Assembly: GCA_051532035.1 (NCBI GenBank)
Contig: JAOPTW010000006.1
Location: 128,001-192,000 of the forward strand
Source of the DNA: Fibrobacterales bacterium
GTDB taxonomy: Bacteria; Fibrobacterota; Fibrobacteria; Fibrobacterales; JAOPTW01
Reading direction: 5' to 3'
DNA length: 64,000 bases
Both the position numbers and the translations under genes were made by a program. Position 1 is the stretch's first letter. Every line of letters begins with the position of its first letter. The notes beneath the pieces were generated by a model. That model was not told the DNA's origin and did no database searches. It saw only the letters and a program-made list of their open reading frames with translations. Positions 1 through 8,739 of the stretch are shown here, piece by piece.

Positions 1-466
1 GGGCAAGAAGCATCGACCGGGTAAACCGCTCAAAGTCTAACCCCGTACACTCTTTAATAAACTCAGAAACCTGTTTTTTCTTATCCTCAAGAAGGACTCC
101 CGTTGCCGCATCAGTAACTTCATGAGTATAATCTTGTAGCTTCCCATCAACCTTTCCCCGTGATCGGCGCTGTTGCCATGTAACCATATACAGCCCACTC
201 TGGGTTTCAAAGGTTACTTCCGCATGACATTCAGCAGTGTGCCGAGAAAGAATTTCATTACCCCCGCTCTTGTTAATCGCCTCTAATCGAGGAGTCCTTC
301 CATACAGAGCTAGAGAAATAGCATCAAGGATAGTCGACTTACCCGCACCTGTTGGGCCGGTAATAGCAAATATTCCATTAGCAAGATATTCAGGATTTCT
401 AAAATCAATTGACCACTCACCATAGAGGGAATTTAAATTTTTAAACCGTAATGCATGTATCTTCAT
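1..466 (-). CDS. sbcC: SbcC (Rad50-like) exonuclease ATPase subunit, 5' part; truncated by window edge
   Basis: Manual translation from ATG at 466: MKIHALRFKNLNSLYGEWSIDF...FAITGPTGAGKSTILDAISLALYG...FERFTRSMLLA. Has a Walker A motif and lies 3 bp downstream of sbcD. Confidence 0.95.
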   Translation of the reverse strand, partial: MKIHALRFKNLNSLYGEWSIDFRNPEYLANGIFAITGPTGAGKSTILDAISLALYGRTPRLEAINKSGGNEILSRHTAECHAEVTFETQSGLYMVTWQQRRSRGKVDGKLQDYTHEVTDAATGVLLEDKKKQVSEFIKECTGLDFERFTRSMLLA

Positions 467-469
467 AAA

Positions 470-1696
470 TTATTCCCCACGACTATCCCGCTCTAACATC
501 TCGGTGACCACCTCGGTGTAAGTAGCCAACAACAGATCATGTTCACTTTCGTCTACCCCTTTAACCGCAAGCAGCTTTTCAAACACATCGCGATCACTCA
601 ATTCATTAAGCACCTCAGATGCTTCCGTTCGACTGAGTACCGCGTCAATAACCTGTCGGTTCTTCACTAATAAAATTACAACGAGACTCTCTTCAACCAA
701 AAGATGCACCCGCTCATTAAGGTCTGTAATTGTTTCAACACCGGTATATTCAATATCTACCCACGCATCTACTTCATCCGACACCAACTGCCTCAATGAT
801 ACTTCAATCTGCTCCATAGTACCCGAGAGTCGTTCAAGCCTCTGAAAGAGTGGCACTCCAATGGCTTCAACCCGAGGCACTCTCTCATCAAATACTACAA
901 GTGACACCTCTTTCTTTTGATACGCCTCTCCAAATCCCATCGGGAGCGGTGACCCCGAATACCTCATATGATTATTCCCCCCAACTTTTTGAGGGATATG
1001 CAAATGACCCAGAGCTAGATAATCGATCTCTTTAGGAAAAAGCTCACCACTTATATGGCCCAGATTCCCTACATAGAGATCACGAACCCCATCGCCCTCA
1101 TGAAGCTCACCACCTGCAGCAAATAGATGACCAAGGGCTATAATAGGCACATGAGTATCACTACCGCGCACCTCCACAGCGCGCTCAACAACCGAATTGT
1201 AGTGATCCTTCACTCCCATCACGAGCTTCTGTTGCTTGTCATCAATGGTCTCACCCGCTTCTACTTTTCGGACATCTCGATCACGCAAATAAGGGACCGC
1301 GCACACCACCGCTTTGAGCCCACCATCATCTGAATGCATTAAAATAATTTCATCATCAACGCTTTCACTCATAGAGCCAACAACATGGACATCTAATAAC
1401 GAGAGCAGTTCTTTAGGCGCCTGAAGTAGCGAGGCCGAGTCATGGTTTCCTGCAATAATAACAATGCTCTTACAGCATGTTTGTGCCGCCCGCATTAAAA
1501 AAGTGTAGTACAATTTTTGAGCACGATTACTCGGTGCAGTAGTATCAAATATATCCCCTGCAACAAGGAGCATTTCACATTGTTCTCGCTCAATGATTTC
1601 GAGTAACCACTCAAAAAAATGTTCGTACTCACTATAACGTTTCTGTCTATGGAGGGAATGACCGATATGCCAGTCTGATGTATGGAGAACTCTCAT
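470..1696 (-). CDS. sbcD: SbcD (Mre11-like) nuclease subunit
   Basis: Metallophosphoesterase motifs HTSDWHIG, AGDIFD, AGNHDS, ALGHLH, YSGSP; adjacent to sbcC. Confidence 0.96.
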   Translation of the reverse strand: MRVLHTSDWHIGHSLHRQKRYSEYEHFFEWLLEIIEREQCEMLLVAGDIFDTTAPSNRAQKLYYTFLMRAAQTCCKSIVIIAGNHDSASLLQAPKELLSLLDVHVVGSMSESVDDEIILMHSDDGGLKAVVCAVPYLRDRDVRKVEAGETIDDKQQKLVMGVKDHYNSVVERAVEVRGSDTHVPIIALGHLFAAGGELHEGDGVRDLYVGNLGHISGELFPKEIDYLALGHLHIPQKVGGNNHMRYSGSPLPMGFGEAYQKKEVSLVVFDERVPRVEAIGVPLFQRLERLSGTMEQIEVSLRQLVSDEVDAWVDIEYTGVETITDLNERVHLLVEESLVVILLVKNRQVIDAVLSRTEASEVLNELSDRDVFEKLLAVKGVDESEHDLLLATYTEVVTEMLERDSRGE

Positions 1697-2254
1697 GGGC
1701 CCCTTTAACTCGTACTATTTATACTGATCAAATATAGAAAAGAACCGAGACAGTTTTTGTCGCACTAAGGATTCAATACAACTAACCAACAATTTGGCCA
1801 AATCAATTACTACAAAGACCTCAGCCTTGCTCACAAAGTGTGAACGTTTAATAAATCATAGGGGCAAAATCAGTTTTAAATAAGCTTTTTGCAATCTACT
1901 TTTTAAAAAGACCCTACAACCAATTAAAACTATGACAGAATCAATTAAAGAAAAGCCATTTGTTGTAACAATAAAACTACAGGCGAAAAAGATAAAATCT
2001 TGGGTTATCGAGCAGCTTTTTTACTCTATATAATCTACTACCCCAAAAACCACATGATTTTGAACAGATTGAGTACGCTTTTGGAACGTTCAATTGTAAT
2101 TTTTAGAGTAACGATATTGAATTTTAGCGACGAAAATTTATCATTGACATATCCGATTTGGGGAGGGAATTATTACACACCTATGAATCGGAAGATTTTG
2201 GTAGCGCATAAGCCGTTGAACTCTTAACGCACTATTGGAAATCTTAATCCCTTG

Positions 2255-2285
2255 AAAAGCGGAATAACATTCCGCTTTTTTATTT
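2255..2285 (+). terminator. Intrinsic terminator-like hairpin, + strand U-tract
   Basis: AAAAGCGGAAT-AAC-ATTCCGCTTTT followed by further T residues. Confidence 0.6.
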
Positions 2286-2289
2286 CCAC

Positions 2290-2321
2290 AAAAAAAGCCT
2301 ATCCAACAATAGGACAGGCTT
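2290..2321 (-). terminator. Rho-independent terminator of the SulP gene
   Basis: On - strand AAGCCTGTCC-loop-GGATAGGCTT then TTTTT, about 30 bp after the SulP stop. Confidence 0.7.
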
Positions 2322-2349
2322 CTCAAAATACTCTACTATACGCTTTTAA

Positions 2350-3885
2350 TTACTGACCCAAATCATCACTCAACACTTTATAGGTCGGGTCTTCTTTTAC
2401 ATTCACTTCAATAAGCGCTTCTGCATTTTTCAAAAGCTTGCGACAATCCGTGCTTAAATGTTTAATGTGTACCGTTTTACCCACTTTTAGATAGCGCTCA
2501 GTGAGCTTATTGAGTGCCTCAATGGCAGACATATCGACAATACGACTCTCTTCAAAGTCAATCTCAACATCATTTGGGTCATTGTGAATATCAAACTTCT
2601 CATTAAAAGCAGTGATTGAGCCAAAGAAAAGCGGACCATAAATTTCATAATGCTTGACCCCTTTTTCATCAACATATTTTCGGGCACGAATACGTACCGC
2701 ACTATCCCATGCAAAAACCAGAGCCGAAATAACCACCCCTACAATCACTGCAAGCGCCAAATTATGCAGGAACACTGTTACGAGAGTCACCATGATCATT
2801 ACAAAAATATCAGAATTCGGCATCCGCTTAAAGGTTTTAAGACTCGCCCACTCAAAGGTTCCTACTGAGACCATAATCATAAGACCCGTCAATGCCGCCA
2901 TAGGGAGCTGCTCAATAAGTGATGCACCGAACATAATAAACATAAGGAGCAGCACCGCAGCAACTACGCCAGAAACTCTCGAGCGAGCACCATTAGAGAC
3001 GTTGATCAAACTCTGACCAATCATTGCACAGCCACCCATTCCAGAAAATACTCCTGAAAGAATATTTGCTGCACCTTGCGCTACAGCCTCTTTATTGCCA
3101 CGGCCACGAGTTTCAGTAATTTCATCCACAATATTAAGCGTCAAAAGACTCTCAATAAGACCAACACCAGCCACTATTGAAGCATACGGAAAAATAATAG
3201 TCAAAGTCTCCCAAGTAAAAGGAATTGCCGGAATATGAAACGGAGGGAACCCACCTTTAATAGAGGCAAGGTCACCCACTGTTTTTGTGTCTATATCGAA
3301 TGCAACTACCACTCCAAAGACAAAAAGTATTGCAGTAAGGGCAGATGGAATTGATTTATTCAATTTAGGAAGCCCCCAAATAATCAACATTGCCACACCA
3401 ACGAGACCAAGCATGACCGCAAGAGGCGCACCCGTTAACCACGAACCCGCCCCATCTTTAAACTGATCAAGTTGTGACATAAATATTATGATAGCCAGAC
3501 CATTCACAAAACCGAAAATAACGGAATGAGGAACCAACCGCATGAGCTTACCCAGCCGCAAACCACCAGCAAGCACTTGAAATATCCCCGCAAGCACCAC
3601 TGCTGCAAAGACATACTCAACGCCGTGATCTTTTACCAAAGAGACAATAACAACAGCAATTGCTCCCGTAGCTCCCGAGATCATCCCTGGACGCCCACCA
3701 AAAATAGAAGTTACCAAACCAAGAACAAAGGCAGCATAAAGCCCAGTAAGTGGAGACAAGCCTGCAATGAGTGCAAATGCTACCGCTTCTGGCACCAATG
3801 CAAGCGACACAGTTAAGCCCGACAATACTTCGGTCTTGTAGTTAATTTCTCTCGAAAACTTAAAAAGGTTTAGGTACTTTTCCAT
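2350..3885 (-). CDS. SulP/SLC26-family inorganic anion transporter with C-terminal STAS domain
   Basis: EVLSGLTVSLALVPEAVAFA, GGRPGMISGATGA, GMGGCAMIGQS, STAS YGPLFFGS. Start set at MEKYL (ATG 3885, preceded by GGGGGA). Confidence 0.93.
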   Translation of the reverse strand: MEKYLNLFKFSREINYKTEVLSGLTVSLALVPEAVAFALIAGLSPLTGLYAAFVLGLVTSIFGGRPGMISGATGAIAVVIVSLVKDHGVEYVFAAVVLAGIFQVLAGGLRLGKLMRLVPHSVIFGFVNGLAIIIFMSQLDQFKDGAGSWLTGAPLAVMLGLVGVAMLIIWGLPKLNKSIPSALTAILFVFGVVVAFDIDTKTVGDLASIKGGFPPFHIPAIPFTWETLTIIFPYASIVAGVGLIESLLTLNIVDEITETRGRGNKEAVAQGAANILSGVFSGMGGCAMIGQSLINVSNGARSRVSGVVAAVLLLMFIMFGASLIEQLPMAALTGLMIMVSVGTFEWASLKTFKRMPNSDIFVMIMVTLVTVFLHNLALAVIVGVVISALVFAWDSAVRIRARKYVDEKGVKHYEIYGPLFFGSITAFNEKFDIHNDPNDVEIDFEESRIVDMSAIEALNKLTERYLKVGKTVHIKHLSTDCRKLLKNAEALIEVNVKEDPTYKVLSDDLGQ

Positions 3886-4143
3886 TATTCCCCCTGACTC
3901 AATGACCACCCAGGTAGTAGCTAGGCCGTATGATATGTCAATGTTTAGTGATTTCTCATTAGAGCGCAAAGATAGCTTATTACATAACTATCTCAATGGA
4001 AGCCCCCCATTAATAAAAACTCTTTACACTCTCTCAATTCCGTCCAAAATCAGGACGCCATCCCGCCCCTAAGCCCATCAGCTATTGTAAATTCACGCTC
4101 CCATTTATATCTTATTTTTAGATTTTTAAAGGCATTAAACAGC

Positions 4144-4566
4144 ATGCACACTATTATCACCGCAGAACATCTTCATCTCTCAGGTATCAAAGCGCTTCTC
4201 GACCATGCCGGCCTTCCCACTCATGATATCGCCGACCCATCAATAACCTTCAAAATCGAAAAGAACCTAAGTGGAGTTATTGGATATCAAACGTTCACTC
4301 ACTGTGCCCTTTTACGCTCACTCGCCGTAAGTACAAAAGCCCAAAATAGAGGGATTGCTAAAAAACTTATCTCAGAAACTATCGATTGTCTTAAAAATGA
4401 TGGAATTACAGCAATTTACCTCTTAACGACAACTGCTCAACCCTACTTCTCTCGTTATGGATTTCGCATAACCTCTCGCGAAAAGGCCCCTCCCGAAATT
4501 GCTGCTACTGCCCAATTTCATTCTATCTGCCCAGATTCCGCCTATTTCATGTCCAAGCCACTTTAA
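4144..4566 (+). CDS. GNAT N-acetyltransferase, ArsN2-like
   Basis: ALLRSLAV...QNRGIA acetyl-CoA motif, YLLTTTA.PYF.RYGF and C-terminal QF..ICPDSA.FM.K.L, typical of the ArsN2/ArgA-like GNAT group. Confidence 0.8.
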   Translation: MHTIITAEHLHLSGIKALLDHAGLPTHDIADPSITFKIEKNLSGVIGYQTFTHCALLRSLAVSTKAQNRGIAKKLISETIDCLKNDGITAIYLLTTTAQPYFSRYGFRITSREKAPPEIAATAQFHSICPDSAYFMSKPL

Positions 4567-4715
4567 CACCCGCCCCATCAGCCCCTCTTCATTAAATGTC
4601 GACAAAAGTAGCCTCTTCTATATTATCATAGTATAATAGCTAAAGAATACCCACCGCCTCACAATCCCTTTAAATATATGCTATCTTTGCGTCACCTTAT
4701 AAAAAACGAGAAATA

Positions 4716-6497
4716 ATGAAGACATTTGCAGAAAGCGAACTGCGCAGCGAGATCCTCGAAGGAATAGCGGAACTCGGATTTGAAAAGCCAACACCGATTC
4801 AAGCAGAATCGATCCCTCACGTCCTCCATTCAGATCAGGACCTCATAGCCTTTGCACAGACCGGAACTGGTAAAACTGCTGCATTTGGCCTCCCATCAGT
4901 ACAACTTACTGATGTTAAAGATAAACAGACACAGACTATCATCCTCTGCCCTACTCGGGAGCTCTGTAATCAGATCACCAAAGATTTAAAAAACTTCTGT
5001 AAATATATTCGTGGCCTCAATGTGGTTGCAGTATATGGCGGAGCGAGTATTGAAACTCAAATTAAAGAGATTAAAAGAGGTGCACAAATTGTAGTGGGCA
5101 CCCCAGGGAGAACGAATGACCTATTGCGTCGTAAGGTTCTCAAACTCGGTAGTATCAAACGACTCATCTTAGATGAAGCCGACGAAATGCTCAACATGGG
5201 CTTTAAAGAAGAACTCGATTCTATCCTTGAGACCATTCCGGATACTCGTCAAACACTCCTCTTCTCTGCAACCATGCCGAAGGGAATTGTTTCGATTACC
5301 AAAAAATACATGGATGATCCATTAGAGATCTCTGTTGCGGCAAAAAATACTGGTGCGACAAATGTAACGCATCACTACTACATGGTACAGGCGAAAGATC
5401 GCTATGAAGTACTCAAACGTATTGCAGATAAAAACCCAAATATTTATGGAATAGTTTTTTGCAGAACTCGTCGTGAAACTCAAGAAGTAGCAAGTAAGCT
5501 TATTGGTGACGGCTACAATGCTGATGCACTCCATGGTGACCTCTCTCAGGGCATGCGTGATGAGGCAATGGATAAATTCAGGAAAGGTCATCTCCAACTT
5601 CTTGTAGCTACCGACGTTGCAGCACGAGGCTTAGATGTAAATAGTTTGACTCACGTTATTAACTACAATTTACCTGATGATGCAGAAATCTATACACACC
5701 GTAGTGGTAGAACTGGACGCGCCGGCAACCATGGTACTTCAATTGTTATTATTCATAGCCGTGAAAAAAGACGTATCCAAGAAATTGAGAAAATGTCAAA
5801 AATCACATTCTCAAAAGAAATGGTTCCTACAGGACAGGAAGTATGCCAGGCACAACTCTATTCACTTATTGATACTGTTAAAAAAGTTGAAGTAAGTACC
5901 AAACAGATAGAACCATTTCTTGATACCATTTACAATAAGCTTGAAACGCTGAGTCGTGAAGAACTTATTCAACACTTTGTTTCAGCTGAATTCAACCGCT
6001 TTTTAAAATACTATAAAAACGCGCGCGATATCAATGTTGAAGAAAGTGGTCGCAGAGAAAAAAATCCGCGTGATAAAAAGTCAAAAGAAGAGAAACGGAG
6101 CAACACTGACTTTGCCGCCATTAAAATCAACGTTGGCAGAGAAGAAAAGATCAACCCCGCACAATTAATGGGCCTCGTCAACGAAGCGCTTAATAGTGGA
6201 CAAGTTGAAGTTGGACGTATTGCAATTCAAGACAACTCGACACTCTTTGAAGTAGATAAAAAACACCACGGTGAACTAATGAATGTTCTTGGTGAATTCT
6301 ATTTCAACGATGAGCCTCTTAAAGTAGAAGAGATCAGCGAAATGCCCGAAGGGCGCCCTCGCGGTCGTTCTGGTGGTGGCTTTAAAGGTGGCGGATCTCG
6401 CGGTGGAGGAGATCGCAGTGGTAGACGTGAAGGTGGCCGCAGTGGCGGTGACCGAAGCAGATCTAACGGCCCTCGTGGCGACAAAAGAAGAAACTAA
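4716..6497 (+). CDS. deaD: DEAD-box RNA helicase (DeaD/CshA type) with DbpA-like domain and RG-rich tail
   Basis: Q motif GFEKPTPIQ, AQTGTGKT, PTREL, DEAD, SAT, TDVAARGLD, HRSGRTGRAG; Gly/Arg-rich C-terminus. Confidence 0.95.
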   Translation: MKTFAESELRSEILEGIAELGFEKPTPIQAESIPHVLHSDQDLIAFAQTGTGKTAAFGLPSVQLTDVKDKQTQTIILCPTRELCNQITKDLKNFCKYIRGLNVVAVYGGASIETQIKEIKRGAQIVVGTPGRTNDLLRRKVLKLGSIKRLILDEADEMLNMGFKEELDSILETIPDTRQTLLFSATMPKGIVSITKKYMDDPLEISVAAKNTGATNVTHHYYMVQAKDRYEVLKRIADKNPNIYGIVFCRTRRETQEVASKLIGDGYNADALHGDLSQGMRDEAMDKFRKGHLQLLVATDVAARGLDVNSLTHVINYNLPDDAEIYTHRSGRTGRAGNHGTSIVIIHSREKRRIQEIEKMSKITFSKEMVPTGQEVCQAQLYSLIDTVKKVEVSTKQIEPFLDTIYNKLETLSREELIQHFVSAEFNRFLKYYKNARDINVEESGRREKNPRDKKSKEEKRSNTDFAAIKINVGREEKINPAQLMGLVNEALNSGQVEVGRIAIQDNSTLFEVDKKHHGELMNVLGEFYFNDEPLKVEEISEMPEGRPRGRSGGGFKGGGSRGGGDRSGRREGGRSGGDRSRSNGPRGDKRRN

Positions 6498-6520
6498 GAC
6501 CTCTTCTTTATTAAAATATT

Positions 6521-6553
6521 AAAAACGCCTCGGATAACTCCGAGGCGTTTTTT
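6521..6553. terminator. Bidirectional rho-independent terminator
   Basis: AAAAACGCCTCGGA-TAAC-TCCGAGGCGTTTTT between convergent genes. Confidence 0.85.
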
Positions 6554-6572
6554 GTTTCTGTCATTCAATATA

Positions 6573-7544
6573 TTACCGCCCTATACGAATGCCCAATTCA
6601 AAACCCGGCCAATGGTGTACATCATCATGATCTTGCGTATATTCATCTGTCCAAGACGCCATAAGTGCCCCATTTCCATGAGTCCACAGACCATTATACG
6701 TTACCCCTCCAAACAGTCCAACCTTATTGACGAGCTGCATTCCGATACGCGCTTTAATTTGCCCAAGGGAGTTATGACGCCAATCATCTTTATCCCAATC
6801 ATCATCCTTCCGTGTTAATACGGTATGTTTATCCATAATTACACTCCCATGTACAGCAACTTCGGTATAGACACGACCCATATCTTTGTGATAGCCAACG
6901 CCCATCCCCAATGAATAGGGATTGGTTTCACTATCAAACGTATACCCAACACTGTAGGACGTAAAGAGCGTTTTACCTGAAGCAAACGTTAAGCGATTCA
7001 TACCGGATTCATCGGCACTATAATCAACATGAAAGAGCCCATTATCTGCAATAGTAAGTAATGCAAACGAATAGCCATCGATATGATCAGCAATATTGAG
7101 CATACCAACCTGCCAACCAACAATGGTATCGACAATATTCAGATTTCCTATTTGAATACCATCGACATATTGAGCACTATTAATAGTTCCAAAAAGCTGT
7201 CCACCCTCTACCCGCTTTGCATAATTTGCAAAGGCAAACAGTTGATACCCCTGTATCGTTCCACCAACGTGGTTATATCCACCCGTCAGCTGAAAATCTT
7301 CGAGATCACTTAATGCAATATTTGATACAAGAGACACCTGAGACCCGGTGACGTCCTCTTTAGAAACATTACTTAGAGCCGAAATTTGTGTCGGCTGGTC
7401 CTTACATTCACTATAGGTATAATACCACGTTTTATCGACACGGGTATCGCCACACAGTGATACTGATTCGGTATCAGTTGCAGTTCCAGCCACAGCGCCT
7501 ATAGCTGCAATAAGGAGTGAAATAGTTGTTGGTAGTATTTTCAT
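6573..7544 (-). CDS. Secreted/outer-membrane protein with short G-x-Q...N repeats (LA_2272-like surface repeat)
   Basis: Signal peptide MKILPTTISLLIAAIGAVAG; tandem ~13-15 aa units (GYQLFAFANYA, GGQLFGTINSA, GIQIGNLNIV, GWQVGMLNIA); beta-strand-rich C-terminus. Confidence 0.7.
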   Translation of the reverse strand: MKILPTTISLLIAAIGAVAGTATDTESVSLCGDTRVDKTWYYTYSECKDQPTQISALSNVSKEDVTGSQVSLVSNIALSDLEDFQLTGGYNHVGGTIQGYQLFAFANYAKRVEGGQLFGTINSAQYVDGIQIGNLNIVDTIVGWQVGMLNIADHIDGYSFALLTIADNGLFHVDYSADESGMNRLTFASGKTLFTSYSVGYTFDSETNPYSLGMGVGYHKDMGRVYTEVAVHGSVIMDKHTVLTRKDDDWDKDDWRHNSLGQIKARIGMQLVNKVGLFGGVTYNGLWTHGNGALMASWTDEYTQDHDDVHHWPGFELGIRIGR

Positions 7545-7766
7545 GATTATGTCCTTTTCTCTTTTTCTACTCTTTAGACACTCCCCATTCACAATAGTGT
7601 CACTTTATTTAGATAATATAAAACAGCCACCCGTATTTAATTCTACAAACTTGAAAAAGCGCCTTCGAAGTTGTAATTATCAAGTGACAATTGTGAGTTC
7701 ATCGACGAGATCATCTATATTTTCATCAAATAACAAACATCAGTCCCTTAACGTAAAGAGGAAATT

Positions 7767-7925
7767 ATGAACGTAGATCAACACCTTAAAGTAGCACAAT
7801 GGCACGTAGAACAAGCACGTCTTCACGCATCAACTGAGCACAAATGTGGATGTCCTCTCAGCACAGAGCATGAAAATGCAATTAAAGCTGTTGAAGAAGG
7901 CCTTATCAAAGAAGAGTCTCACTAA
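7767..7925 (+). CDS. Small (52 aa) His/Cys-rich protein, putative metal binder; absent from ORF track
   Basis: GAGG RBS upstream of ATG; MNVDQHLKVAQWHVEQARLHASTEHKCGCPLSTEHENAIKAVEEGLIKEESH*; own terminator downstream. Confidence 0.75.
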   Translation: MNVDQHLKVAQWHVEQARLHASTEHKCGCPLSTEHENAIKAVEEGLIKEESH

Positions 7926-7956
7926 GAGATCACTTCCACCAAACGGTATTTTATAT

Positions 7957-7986
7957 AAGGCATGTGTTTTTCACGTGCCTTTTTTG
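7957..7986 (+). terminator. Rho-independent terminator after the small His-rich ORF
   Basis: AAGGCATGTG-TTTTT-CACGTGCCTT followed by TTTT. Confidence 0.75.
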
Positions 7987-8041
7987 ATTTTTATGCGTAT
8001 ACTCATTTGAGAATATTGAGAAACCATACTAAGGTATTTCT

Positions 8042-8602
8042 ATGGATTACCATACTAAATCTGGTATTGCCGAATATATTGCGCTTGCCCAAGGATACGA
8101 CGGATCGGAAACAATCGAAGCCCTCTGCCACCACGTACCAGAAACGGCACGAGTGTTAGAGATCGGTATGGGCCCTGGTGTCGATTTTAAGATTTTGTCA
8201 CAATATAACCCTACTACAGGGTCAGACAATTCAAAACTATTTATTGAACGATATCAACAAATTGACCCCTATGCAGACCTCATGGTTCTCGATGCTGTTG
8301 CCATGAACACATCACGCACTTTTGATGCGCTTTATTCCAACAAAGTACTCCATCACCTAACGCAGCATGAACTGATCAAATCTTTTGCTAATCAATTAAA
8401 GGTCCTGAATAGTGGTGGTGTTATCTGTCACAGTTTTTGGGAAGGCTCACATGATGAGCATATGCATGGCCTCTATTTTAACTATCATACTCCTGAAGAA
8501 ATTGAAACACTTCTTTCCAGTAAATACCGAATTCTTGAAGTAACGGCATTTAGTGAGCTGGATGATAACGACTCATTTTTTATCATTGCACAAAAAAAAT
8601 AG
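8042..8602 (+). CDS. Class I SAM-dependent methyltransferase
   Basis: Motif I VLEIGMGPG; FDALYSNKVLHHL; LNSGG. Confidence 0.85.
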   Translation: MDYHTKSGIAEYIALAQGYDGSETIEALCHHVPETARVLEIGMGPGVDFKILSQYNPTTGSDNSKLFIERYQQIDPYADLMVLDAVAMNTSRTFDALYSNKVLHHLTQHELIKSFANQLKVLNSGGVICHSFWEGSHDEHMHGLYFNYHTPEEIETLLSSKYRILEVTAFSELDDNDSFFIIAQKK

Positions 8603-8739
8603 ACCCAAACCACAGTATCACTTTGGTATTGCAGACACTATCTTTTAACCCATAAAACACTATCCCAATTATTTAGCTGTTTCATTTACGCATTTTGATA
8701 AATCCTATTGAACTAACTTCTTAATACTATATTTTCCCC

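Noticed and set aside
1..1696. sbcCD as a possible anti-phage nuclease/ATPase system
   Set aside because: Canonical housekeeping SbcCD motifs and order; no accessory defence genes visible in the window.
2000..2326. Track ORFs 2000-2227 (+) and 2141-2326 (-) in the sbcD-SulP gap
   Set aside because: Non-ATG starts, no RBS, no recognisable motifs; the - strand one also runs through both terminator hairpins.
6299..6484. Pro/Arg-rich - strand ORF and GC-rich repetitive patch
   Set aside because: Antisense of the RGG-rich tail of the DEAD-box helicase.
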